A stretch of DNA of 33,795 bases from the NCBI GenBank assembly GCA_037380845.1, contig JARRRI010000025.1:1-33795 (forward strand), given 5' to 3'. The stretch comes from Candidatus Sulfobium sp. GTDB taxonomy: Bacteria > Nitrospirota > Thermodesulfovibrionia > Thermodesulfovibrionales > UBA6898. The notes under the pieces are model-generated. The model was not told the DNA's origin. It searched no databases and was given only the letters and a program-made list of their open reading frames with translations. Made by a program: the position numbers and the translations under genes. Each line of letters opens with the position of its first letter. Positions within the stretch are counted from its first letter, which is position 1. Positions 26,157 to 33,795 of the stretch are shown here, in pieces.

Positions 26157-27228
26157 GTTCTATTTCCTCATGCTCCTCTTTCTCCTTGCCGTCCTGGGAT
26201 ACCTCACGTTTGAGATAATGCGGCCTTTTTTGAATGCGATAGGGTGGTCCGTTGTCCTCTCAATAGTGTTTTATCCGGTCTACGCGGCCATTTCCAGGTA
26301 CGTGAGGTTAAAGTCCGTGGCTTCCGTCATAACGGTCTTCCTCATAGTAATAATAATCATAGGACCCATTTCATATCTGACTTTTATGCTGGTCAACGAA
26401 ATTCAGGTAATTGCCCAGAAGATAAACCAGAACGGTCTTGAATCCCTCCGGGACCTCATCAATCAGGTGAAGTCGTTTTCCCTGTTTGATGCCATCCGTT
26501 CCTATACGGGCATCCAGGATATCATGTCCGAGCAGGCTCTTACCGAGAGTGTGAGAAAGCTGGGCAACAGCCTTCTTCAATTTTTTTCGCTCCGGATAAC
26601 CAACATAATCTCATCCGCAGTTGATTTTATCTTCATGGTATTTGCGGTCTTCTTCCTCCTGAGGGACGGACCGGGCTTCCTGTCTAAAGCGCGGGACTAC
26701 ATGCCCTTCAGTGAGACCCAGAAAAACGTCCTGGCCTCCCAGATAAATGATACGATAATCTCAACGGTGTATGGAGGCGTCGTCATAGCGATTATTCAGG
26801 GTGTACTCGGAGGTTTTGCCTTCTATGTAATAGGTATCGAATCCCCGGTCCTCTGGGGGGTTGCCATGTCAATAATGTCCTTCGTTCCTCTGCTGGGTAC
26901 TTTCGCCGTCTGGGGGCCGACATCGGTATATCTGGTAGTGAAAGGAAGCTTTATGGAAGGGGTTGGCCTGTTCCTGTTCGGGGTACTTGTTATAAGCATG
27001 GTGGACAACATATTGAAGCCCCTGATAATCGGGAGCCGCACGAAGATGCACACTCTCATCATCCTTTTCAGCGTGCTCGGGGGTATCAAGCTCTTCGGGA
27101 TGATAGGTCTGATCATGGGACCCCTTATAACGGCCCTGTTCGTATCGGTATTCGAGATCAGCAGGAACATAGAGACCGGGGGAGGGGACAACCCTCCATC
27201 GAGTGAAACGACGTCCCCGGGCGAGTAA
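26143..27228 (+). CDS. AI-2E family transporter
   Basis: Multiple TM segments, FFLLRDG, SFVPLLG, DNILKPLIIG and GLIMGP. Confidence 0.9.
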   Translation: MTTNRFYFLMLLFLLAVLGYLTFEIMRPFLNAIGWSVVLSIVFYPVYAAISRYVRLKSVASVITVFLIVIIIIGPISYLTFMLVNEIQVIAQKINQNGLESLRDLINQVKSFSLFDAIRSYTGIQDIMSEQALTESVRKLGNSLLQFFSLRITNIISSAVDFIFMVFAVFFLLRDGPGFLSKARDYMPFSETQKNVLASQINDTIISTVYGGVVIAIIQGVLGGFAFYVIGIESPVLWGVAMSIMSFVPLLGTFAVWGPTSVYLVVKGSFMEGVGLFLFGVLVISMVDNILKPLIIGSRTKMHTLIILFSVLGGIKLFGMIGLIMGPLITALFVSVFEISRNIETGGGDNPPSSETTSPGE

Positions 27229-27341
27229 ACCCGGCTAAGGCGATTATGTTGACCGGTACTGTTCATAGATGCTTTCCTGTAAGTAGTCGAAGTGCAGTTA
27301 ACCTGAAAAAGTACGCTTGAAAGAGTTCGTGTGAAGCGACT

Positions 27342-27791
27342 TTACTGTCGAAAGCCGAGACGGTGCATCAAAATGCCAAGGTATTTGTTCAGGAAGTTGC
27401 TTCTCGGCAAAAAAGGGAACACCGGTTTTCTTCTGGCTCCCAGCTTCTCCAGAAGCCGCTTTATCTCCATGGTTTCATAGCGGGAAGTGTCCTTGCCCGC
27501 TCCGGAGCGCAGCGTTGCCAGCGCATCTTCCTTCTGCTTTGCGTGAAGATAGACCCTGCCCAGATTGAGATAATGCGAAGGGTTTTCAGGCTCCTGGGAG
27601 AGAGCCTCCTCACATAATCTGACCGCCTCTCTGATCTGGCCCCGTTCGATGGATATGCAAAAAGCAAGGTAGGACTGCACTTCCGGTGTCTTCCGTATAT
27701 CATAGGCCTTTTCGAAACACGCCAGTGCCGCCAGGGTGTTGTCCTCTCTCAAAAAAGACAGCCCCTGTTTAAATATTTCGTCCACCTTCAT
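27342..27791 (-). CDS. Tetratricopeptide-repeat protein
   Basis: TPR-like helices (ALACFEKAY; AVRLCEEALSQEPENPSHYLNLGRVY) and a C-terminal PVFPFLPRSNFLNKYLG. Confidence 0.8.
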   Translation of the reverse strand: MKVDEIFKQGLSFLREDNTLAALACFEKAYDIRKTPEVQSYLAFCISIERGQIREAVRLCEEALSQEPENPSHYLNLGRVYLHAKQKEDALATLRSGAGKDTSRYETMEIKRLLEKLGARRKPVFPFLPRSNFLNKYLGILMHRLGFRQ

Positions 27792-27855
27792 TCTGTCATA
27801 CCTAAGCCCGCCAACATCCGAAACCCTCCGGCGGCACAGGCCGACAAGCCGCCGA

Positions 27856-28521
27856 TCATTCCACGATCTTCTTTATGTAAATTTCTTTGGCTATTTCGGG
27901 ATCTATTGCCACAGTCGTTTCATCGATCTGCAAAACGCAGGACGGCGTCTTCTGAACAAACTTTATGACACTTCCGGCCGTTATGCCGAGAGAATTGAGC
28001 TTGCTGATCCTGGAGGGATCAGACGGTACGATAAAGGTGATCTTTCCTGAGGCTCCCACTTCGAAATCAGTGAGTCTGGTAACAACAGGCCTTACTTCAA
28101 CTCTGAATTTCTTGCAGCATTCTCCCCGCGGTATCGGTTTGCCGTGAGGACACGTCGGCGGATGGCCCAGAAACGTACAGACACTGTCAGTCAGTTCCTC
28201 ACTCAGAATATGTTCCATCTTGCAGGCATCGTCAAGCACCGTGTCGTCGGGCATTTCAAAAACATCGGTAAACAGGCGTTCGGCAAGACGCTGCCTACGT
28301 ATCAGTCCCCTCGCAATTCCTCTGCCCCTGTCGGTCATATTGATCCGATCATCGCCGACCGCAGCCAGGCCGTTCACAGTCAGCGTCTCCACGAGAGACT
28401 CAATGTCCGAATCATCCGAACTCAAGTTGAAACGCTCCAGTTCCGTATGCCCGTCCTCCCCGAGGACCCACAGCAGTTCCAATGCCTCCTCAATCCTTTC
28501 TTTGTCGGTAATGATCGCCAT
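27856..28521 (-). CDS. DtxR/MntR family metal-dependent regulator with C-terminal FeoA/SH3 domain
   Basis: RRQRLAERLF, ACKMEHILS, PPTCPHGKPIP and LNSLGITAG. Confidence 0.88.
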   Translation of the reverse strand: MAIITDKERIEEALELLWVLGEDGHTELERFNLSSDDSDIESLVETLTVNGLAAVGDDRINMTDRGRGIARGLIRRQRLAERLFTDVFEMPDDTVLDDACKMEHILSEELTDSVCTFLGHPPTCPHGKPIPRGECCKKFRVEVRPVVTRLTDFEVGASGKITFIVPSDPSRISKLNSLGITAGSVIKFVQKTPSCVLQIDETTVAIDPEIAKEIYIKKIVE

Positions 28522-28528
28522 GGTGATA

Positions 28529-28558
28529 ATTATATTCTAAAGAATAGCCTTAACTCAA
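28529..28558 (-). promoter_or_regulatory. Sigma70 promoter of the DtxR-family gene, -10 box 7 nt from the ATG
   Basis: TTGAGT-18 nt-TATAAT-tatcacc-ATG. Confidence 0.55.
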
Positions 28559-28835
28559 TTCAAAACAGAAAAGGAGACGAGAAAGACAGTAAGAAGAACG
28601 GACATCGGTAATGCCTCCCTGGAAAAAAGGGGGCAGGGGCATAAATCGTGGCAGAAGAGAGGGTTTGACTAAGAAGACAAAGGAGATCACTGCTGCGGCC
28701 ACAGCCCCTTTTCCATCATGCCTGCCGGCTGACATGTAACCGATGTGTTTGAAAACGCTGGTTCCTGAACTACTGCCTTCCGCATAAGAAAATGCAGTTT
28801 TGACATTCGGATTTTTTGGAATGTTGCGTTTACCT

Positions 28836-29447
28836 TCAGAACGGCAACGGCACCGACATCACCTGTTTAAAGCTTCTCCTGTGGATCGGGCAGGGGCCGT
28901 GAATACGGATCATGGCCATGTGTTCAGCGGTACAGTATCCCTTGTTCTTTCTGAAGTTGTATGCAGGGTAAACATCGTGGTAGTGCAGCATCACGGCATC
29001 CCTCACATATTTTGCAACGATTGAAGCGGCTGCCACGGAGGCACTTTTTGATTCGGCCTTGAAAAAGGATAGCTGTCTCGCCTTCAGGGAGGGGAGGGTG
29101 ACAGCATCTATGACGACGAGATCCGGCGTCAGACGGAGATCCCATACCGCCGATTGCATTGCCTTCCGGGTCGCTCCCAATATGTTCAGCCTGTCAATCT
29201 CTTCGTGGCCGACTATCCCGACGCCTATGTCCTCAGCCTGGCAGACTATCTCCCGAAAAAGGACTTCTCTCTCCTTTTCAGGCACTTTCTTCGAATCGCG
29301 AAGACCTTCGATTCTGAGGCTGTCGGGCATAATAACCGCGGCTGCCACGACCGGCCCGGCGACGGGACCGCGTCCTGCCTCATCAACGCCCGCCAGAACT
29401 CCAAATCCGTCCCCTCTCAGGGAAGAGTCATGATCGTATATATCCAC
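28836..29447 (-). CDS. rnhB: Ribonuclease HII
   Basis: GVDEAGRGPVAGPV, DSKK, AAASIVAK, NKGY and HRRSF. Confidence 0.95.
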   Translation of the reverse strand: MDIYDHDSSLRGDGFGVLAGVDEAGRGPVAGPVVAAAVIMPDSLRIEGLRDSKKVPEKEREVLFREIVCQAEDIGVGIVGHEEIDRLNILGATRKAMQSAVWDLRLTPDLVVIDAVTLPSLKARQLSFFKAESKSASVAAASIVAKYVRDAVMLHYHDVYPAYNFRKNKGYCTAEHMAMIRIHGPCPIHRRSFKQVMSVPLPF

Positions 29448-29633
29448 ATCACAAGTGTCCGGTGATCGTTACTCTTCTTATCCATCGTTCCGGCGGAAGC
29501 CGGAGCGGCTCCGAGCGACCCGCTCGAGCAGGAATCCGATTAGCCCGAAGGATGCCGATTAAACCCCGGGGCAAGGCACCGCAAAAGGGCCGACAGTCAT
29601 AATGTGAGACTTTGATGATCTGACCGGACCCCG

Positions 29634-29981
29634 TCAGTTCGAGAACTCCTTCTCCTTGATCTTGGCCGCCTTGCCTTTCTTGCTCCGTATATAATAGAGC
29701 TTGGCCCTTCTGACGTCGCCCTTTTTTACGACTTCAACCCTGCTTATGGCTGGAGAGCAGACGGGGAATATCCTTTCAACCCCTACGCCGAAAGAGACTT
29801 TCCTTACCATGAACGTCTCTCTGGTACCGCTCCCTTTCCTGGCGATAACCGCGCCCTGAAAAGGCTGGATCCTTTCCTTGTCTCCCTCAACGACCTTCAC
29901 AAATACCTTTATCGTGTCACCGACATTTATATTCCCAAGGTCTCTCTTGTAACTTTCTTCCACAGCATCTACCAGATTCAT
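29634..29981 (-). CDS. rplS: 50S ribosomal protein L19
   Basis: [24 protein letters not shown] and [14 protein letters not shown] overlap with trmD. Confidence 0.96.
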   Translation of the reverse strand: MNLVDAVEESYKRDLGNINVGDTIKVFVKVVEGDKERIQPFQGAVIARKGSGTRETFMVRKVSFGVGVERIFPVCSPAISRVEVVKKGDVRRAKLYYIRSKKGKAAKIKEKEFSN

Positions 29982-30715
29982 TTCAACTCCTCCTTTATCT
30001 CTTCCAGTATTCTTTTGTCCTCGGACGACAACTTGTATTTCTCTACAAGGTCCGGTCTCTTCTGAGCCGTCCTCTTCAGTGACTGCGCTCTCCTCCACCG
30101 GCAGATTTCAGAATGGTTGCCGGACAACAGGACTTCCGGAACCTTCACGTCCCGAAAGACCTCGGGCCGCGTGTAGTGCGGGTAGTCCAGGAGTCCGCAG
30201 GAAAAAGAATCTTCCGCGGAAGATCGGCTGTCCCCCAGCACTCCGGGCACCAGTCTGACGACGGCATCTATTATAACCAAAGCGGGCAATTCTCCGCCAG
30301 TCAAAACGTAATCTCCTATTGAAATCTCATCGTCCGCCAGGGCTTCCCGCACCCTTTCGTCTATGGCTTCGTATCTGCCGCAAAAGAACACGATTTCCCT
30401 TCGCTCCGCCGACAACTCCCTGGCCGTCTCCTGGTCGAACCTCCTGCCCTGGGGAGAGAGGAGAATAATTCTTCTTCTTTCCCGTTCCGGCCATAAATCT
30501 TCCGCAATCCTGAAAAAAGGCTCGGGTTTCATCACCATGCCGGCCCCTCCGCCGTAAGGGTAATCGTCGGTTGTGTGGTGTTTGTCCTTTGTGTAATCAC
30601 GCAGGTTGTGCACCGTGACGTCCACGGACCCGCCGCCTATGGCCCTCTTCAGTATGCTCGCACCCAGATATGACCGGACCATATCGGGGAAAATTGTGAC
30701 CACATGAAATTTCAT
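29978..30715 (-). CDS. trmD: tRNA (guanine37-N1)-methyltransferase
   Basis: [33 protein letters not shown] and YPHYTRP. Confidence 0.97.
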   Translation of the reverse strand: MKFHVVTIFPDMVRSYLGASILKRAIGGGSVDVTVHNLRDYTKDKHHTTDDYPYGGGAGMVMKPEPFFRIAEDLWPERERRRIILLSPQGRRFDQETARELSAERREIVFFCGRYEAIDERVREALADDEISIGDYVLTGGELPALVIIDAVVRLVPGVLGDSRSSAEDSFSCGLLDYPHYTRPEVFRDVKVPEVLLSGNHSEICRWRRAQSLKRTAQKRPDLVEKYKLSSEDKRILEEIKEELK

Positions 30716-30723
30716 AGGGATAT

Positions 30724-30732
30724 ACTATAACA
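30724..30732 (-). promoter_or_regulatory. Internal extended -10 promoter of trmD (TGtTATAGT), 8 nt from the ATG
   Basis: Minus strand reads tgtTATAGTatatccctATG, with no SD. Confidence 0.5.
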
Positions 30733-30815
30733 CGCGGCGACAAAAAGTAAGACGACGCATCGGGCTCAAATGAGGAGTATAGTTCTGAGGCATTCGGGGT
30801 ATCGAAGAGAGGCTT

Positions 30816-31325
30816 CTAATCCAACATCCCCTCCATCGCTTTTATGAGGATCCTGCCGCCCTTGGGGTCGATCTCCCTTATGACATCCTTTATCGCGGGA
30901 ATAAGATATTCGCGGTCGCCGCCCTTCACCACATACACATCATTGCTTCCGGTCTCCATTATGTCCATGACTTCCCCGACAACTGAACCGTCCGTCGTAA
31001 TTACTGTCAAACCTATTAAATCGTCGCAAAAAAACTCGCCGTTTTCGAGCGGAATGGACTCTCTCTTCACTTTTACAAGAGAGTTCCGGTAAGGGACGGC
31101 CGACTCTCTGTCATCAATACCGACGAAGGAAATAATAAGATGTCTGCCGATGGGTTTGATTGATCTTACTGTCAGCGGGCATAAGCCCGCCGGCGACGAC
31201 AAATAGGCAACTCCTCCCGGCCTGAGAAGAAAGATCTTGCGAGAGAGGGGGAGGGCCTTCATTTCTCCCTTTATCCCCCGTTCCTTCAGGATTTTTGCTA
31301 ATGCGGCAAAATCAGAGTCGTTGAA
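30816..31325 (-). CDS. rimM: 16S rRNA processing protein RimM (start uncertain)
   Basis: GEFFCDDLIGL, TGSNDVYVV and LIPAI. The conserved N-terminal AKILKERGIKGEMK lies upstream of the listed ATG. Operon position fits. Confidence 0.88.
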   Translation of the reverse strand, partial: FNDSDFAALAKILKERGIKGEMKALPLSRKIFLLRPGGVAYLSSPAGLCPLTVRSIKPIGRHLIISFVGIDDRESAVPYRNSLVKVKRESIPLENGEFFCDDLIGLTVITTDGSVVGEVMDIMETGSNDVYVVKGGDREYLIPAIKDVIREIDPKGGRILIKAMEGMLD

Positions 31326-31336
31326 AGGTTGTCCCT

Positions 31337-31567
31337 CTACTCCAGGATTTCTAGCACGCAGCGCTTGCCTATTTTAGTGCCCGCTGCGCTGAGGATCGTC
31401 CTCATGGCCCGCGCCGTCTTCCCCTGTTTCCCGATCACCTTACCAAGGTCGCTGGCCGCAACCCTCAGTTCATAGACGGTAGTCTTTTCGCCATCAATCT
31501 CATTCACAACCACTTCCTCAGGTTTGTCCACGAGAGCTTTAGCCATCCTGTCGACTAACTCTTTCAT
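31337..31567 (-). CDS. khpA: KH-domain RNA-binding protein
   Basis: ALVDKPEEV and [18 protein letters not shown]. Located between rpsP and rimM. Confidence 0.93.
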   Translation of the reverse strand: MKELVDRMAKALVDKPEEVVVNEIDGEKTTVYELRVAASDLGKVIGKQGKTARAMRTILSAAGTKIGKRCVLEILE

Positions 31568-31597
31568 CGTTCTACCTCCATGTGAAATTTGGGCCGC

Positions 31598-31834
31598 TTA
31601 TAAACCGGCCCTTTGCATCAGCTTCCTTGCGGTCTCAGTGGGTTGCGCTCCTTTTTGTATCCACGTCCTTGCTTTTTCCAGGTCAACCTTGACTTCTGAA
31701 GGTTCTTTCAGTGGGTCGTACGTTCCCAGAATTTCTATGAAGGGGCCGTCTCTCCTTACGCGCGAATCTGTTACTACGAACCTGTAAAAGGGTCTCTTAT
31801 GTGCTCCCATCCTTGTTAATCGAATCTTGACCAA
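31598..31834 (-). CDS. rpsP: 30S ribosomal protein S16
   Basis: [16 protein letters not shown] and GAQPT. TTG start behind GAGGAGGTG. Confidence 0.97.
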   Translation of the reverse strand: MVKIRLTRMGAHKRPFYRFVVTDSRVRRDGPFIEILGTYDPLKEPSEVKVDLEKARTWIQKGAQPTETARKLMQRAGL

Positions 31835-31894
31835 AAAACACCTCCTCTAAAATATGTCAAATTGTAATATATCAGGCTCTGCAAAGTAAAGCAG

Positions 31895-33214
31895 CTAAAA
31901 AGGGAACATTTTCGGCATCTTAATCTGTTTTTTCCCTTTAAACATTCTGAGCATTTTCTTCAGTTCGAGATATTGTTTCAGGACTCTGTTGACGTCTGCG
32001 ACAGTCGTGCCGCTGCCCTGAGCGATCCTCTTCCTCCTGCTCCCGTTGATCAGGTTGTGGTTCGTCTTTTCCTTCTTCGTCATGGAATTGATTATCGCCT
32101 CGATCTTGACGAATTCCCTCTCATCGACGGCCACGTTCTTCACCTTGTTCATTCCGGGGATCATTCCGAGGATGTTCTCCAGCGGCCCCATGCTCCTTAT
32201 CTTCTTCAGCTGTTCCCTGAGATCGTCGAACGTGAAGGAATCTTCGAGTATCCGCTTCTGCAGGTTTTCAGCCTCTTTCTCGTCAAATGACTTCTGTGCC
32301 TGTTCGATGAGGCTCAGCATATCCCCCATACCCAGTATTCTCGAAGCTATACGGTCCGGGTGGAAGGGTTCGATCATGTCTATCTTTTCGCCGACGCCGA
32401 TGAACTTGATAGGCTTACCCGTAATGGCCCTGATAGAGAGCGCAGCGCCCCCCCTGGCATCTCCATCCATTTTTGTGAGGATTATTCCATCGATGCCGAT
32501 CTGCTCATTAAACTGCTTTGCGATGTTTACTGCATCCTGCCCGGTCATTGCGTCGGCAATAAGCAGGATCTCCCGGGGAGTGACACTCTCCCTGATCTCC
32601 TTCAGTTCGTTCATGAGCGCTTCGTCCACATGCAGCCTTCCGGCGGTATCTATAATAAGAATGTCATGCGCGTCGGCTTTTGCCTTCTTTACGGCGCCGC
32701 GGGCAAGGGCCACGGGATCCTTGACCTCCCGTGACGAAAAGACGGGTACGCCGATCTGTCCGCCGAGAGTAACGAGCTGATCAATGGCCGCGGGCCTCTG
32801 CAGGTCACATGCAACGAGCATCGGACGACGCCCCTCCTTTTTAAAAAACCTCGCAAGCTTAGCCGACGTCGTGGTTTTACCTGAGCCCTGGAGGCCTACC
32901 ATCATTACAACGGTGGGAGGGTTTGGAGAAAGCGTGACCCTGCTGTTTGCCTTTCCAAGCAGCTCGCAGAGTTCGTCATTGACGATCTTTACCACCTGCT
33001 GACCGGGCGTGAGACTTTCCAGGACTTCTTTGCCGATCGCCTTGCCCCTGATCTTTTCGACAAAGTCTTTCGCGACTCTGAAATTGACGTCAGCCTCAAG
33101 CAGGGCCAACCTGATCTCCTTCAGGGCAACCTCGACGTCCTCTTCTTTCAACAGCCCCCTGCCTTTGAGTTTCTTGAAAACGGCCTCTAATTTTTCATTT
33201 ATATTTTCGAACAT
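31895..33214 (-). CDS. ffh: Signal recognition particle protein
   Basis: ALLEADVN, GLQGSGKTT, DTAGR, TKMDGDARGG, RILGMGD and SRRKRIAQGSG. Confidence 0.97.
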   Translation of the reverse strand: MFENINEKLEAVFKKLKGRGLLKEEDVEVALKEIRLALLEADVNFRVAKDFVEKIRGKAIGKEVLESLTPGQQVVKIVNDELCELLGKANSRVTLSPNPPTVVMMVGLQGSGKTTTSAKLARFFKKEGRRPMLVACDLQRPAAIDQLVTLGGQIGVPVFSSREVKDPVALARGAVKKAKADAHDILIIDTAGRLHVDEALMNELKEIRESVTPREILLIADAMTGQDAVNIAKQFNEQIGIDGIILTKMDGDARGGAALSIRAITGKPIKFIGVGEKIDMIEPFHPDRIASRILGMGDMLSLIEQAQKSFDEKEAENLQKRILEDSFTFDDLREQLKKIRSMGPLENILGMIPGMNKVKNVAVDEREFVKIEAIINSMTKKEKTNHNLINGSRRKRIAQGSGTTVADVNRVLKQYLELKKMLRMFKGKKQIKMPKMFPF

Positions 33215-33781
33215 TTATAGCAGCCTCTCGATTTCTGCTGAAACCTTGCTCTGGTATTGATCAATGTATCCCGAGTACGACTGTCTGATTTTTCCCTCCT
33301 TATCGATAAGGAAACTTCTGGGTATGCTCCAGACCCCGTAATCATGCTCGACAGCCTCGTCCCCCAGGAGAACAGGGTAATTGATATGAAATTTCCTTGA
33401 AAAATCGGTCAACTCTTTTTGAAGGTTCTGTTCATGGTCATCGAGCGAAACCCCCAGGACGGCAAAATCCCTGCCTTTAAATTCTTTCTGAAGGTTGACC
33501 AGCTCAGGGACAGTCGCCCGGCAGGGAGGACACCACGTCGCCCAGAATTCCAGAAGTACCACTTTGCCCCGGTAATGCGACAGCGCTACGTTCCTTCCCT
33601 GCAGGTCCCGTAGTCTGAAATCGGGTGCGGCACTGCCCGCCAGGGCCGAAGACGCGGACCTGTTTTCTGCGGTCCTCTTCTCTCTCGAACAGGAAAAAGC
33701 GGCAACACAGAAAAGAAGCACAAGAACGATTATGAAAGTCCGTCTCAGACCGAAACCTGAGACCTTGCGGTATATCTCCAT
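33215..33781 (-). CDS. TlpA/ResA family thiol-disulfide oxidoreductase, probable lipoprotein
   Basis: FWATWCPPC, APDFRL and SIPRSFLIDKEG. Hydrophobic N-terminus ending in AFSC (lipobox-like). Confidence 0.88.
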   Translation of the reverse strand: MEIYRKVSGFGLRRTFIIVLVLLFCVAAFSCSREKRTAENRSASSALAGSAAPDFRLRDLQGRNVALSHYRGKVVLLEFWATWCPPCRATVPELVNLQKEFKGRDFAVLGVSLDDHEQNLQKELTDFSRKFHINYPVLLGDEAVEHDYGVWSIPRSFLIDKEGKIRQSYSGYIDQYQSKVSAEIERLL

Positions 33782-33795
33782 CTCAGCTGCAAACA

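Noticed and set aside
28550..28735. 61-aa ORF or metal riboswitch upstream of the DtxR-family gene
   Set aside because: No RBS or domain signature, and no yybP-ykoY-type motif; probably non-coding or a decayed remnant.
1..33795. CRISPR arrays, tRNA/rRNA, transposases, integrases, prophage genes
   Set aside because: No regularly spaced repeats, cloverleaf motifs or mobile-element proteins were seen by eye.

Overview
Bacterial chromosomal window of moderately high GC. Gene content resembles Nitrospirota (Thermodesulfovibrionia) or related anaerobes, which is an inference. Most of it is housekeeping: an RpoD-family sigma factor, surE/pcm, purM, transketolase/transaldolase, a DEAD-box helicase, ppdK and the ffh-rpsP-khpA-rimM-trmD-rplS-rnhB cluster. 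The best candidate for an uncharacterised system is a tightly coupled four-gene operon at 2348-6488. It encodes a C39-like papain-fold peptidase, a RimK-like ATP-grasp ligase, a GCS2 carboxylate-amine ligase and an N-formylglutamate-amidohydrolase-fold enzyme, i.e. two amide-forming and two amide-cleaving enzymes. Other points of interest: (1) a ~260-nt structured leader with a terminator-like hairpin and a uORF upstream of a CBS-domain gene; (2) a terminator-like hairpin in the DEAD-box helicase leader; (3) a frameshifted M23 peptidase next to a bactofilin; (4) three genes whose conserved N-termini lack a canonical start codon; (5) three apparently leaderless genes; (6) a divergent RpoD paralogue; (7) a stand-alone degenerate GGDEF protein. 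No rRNA, tRNA, CRISPR array or transposase was seen.
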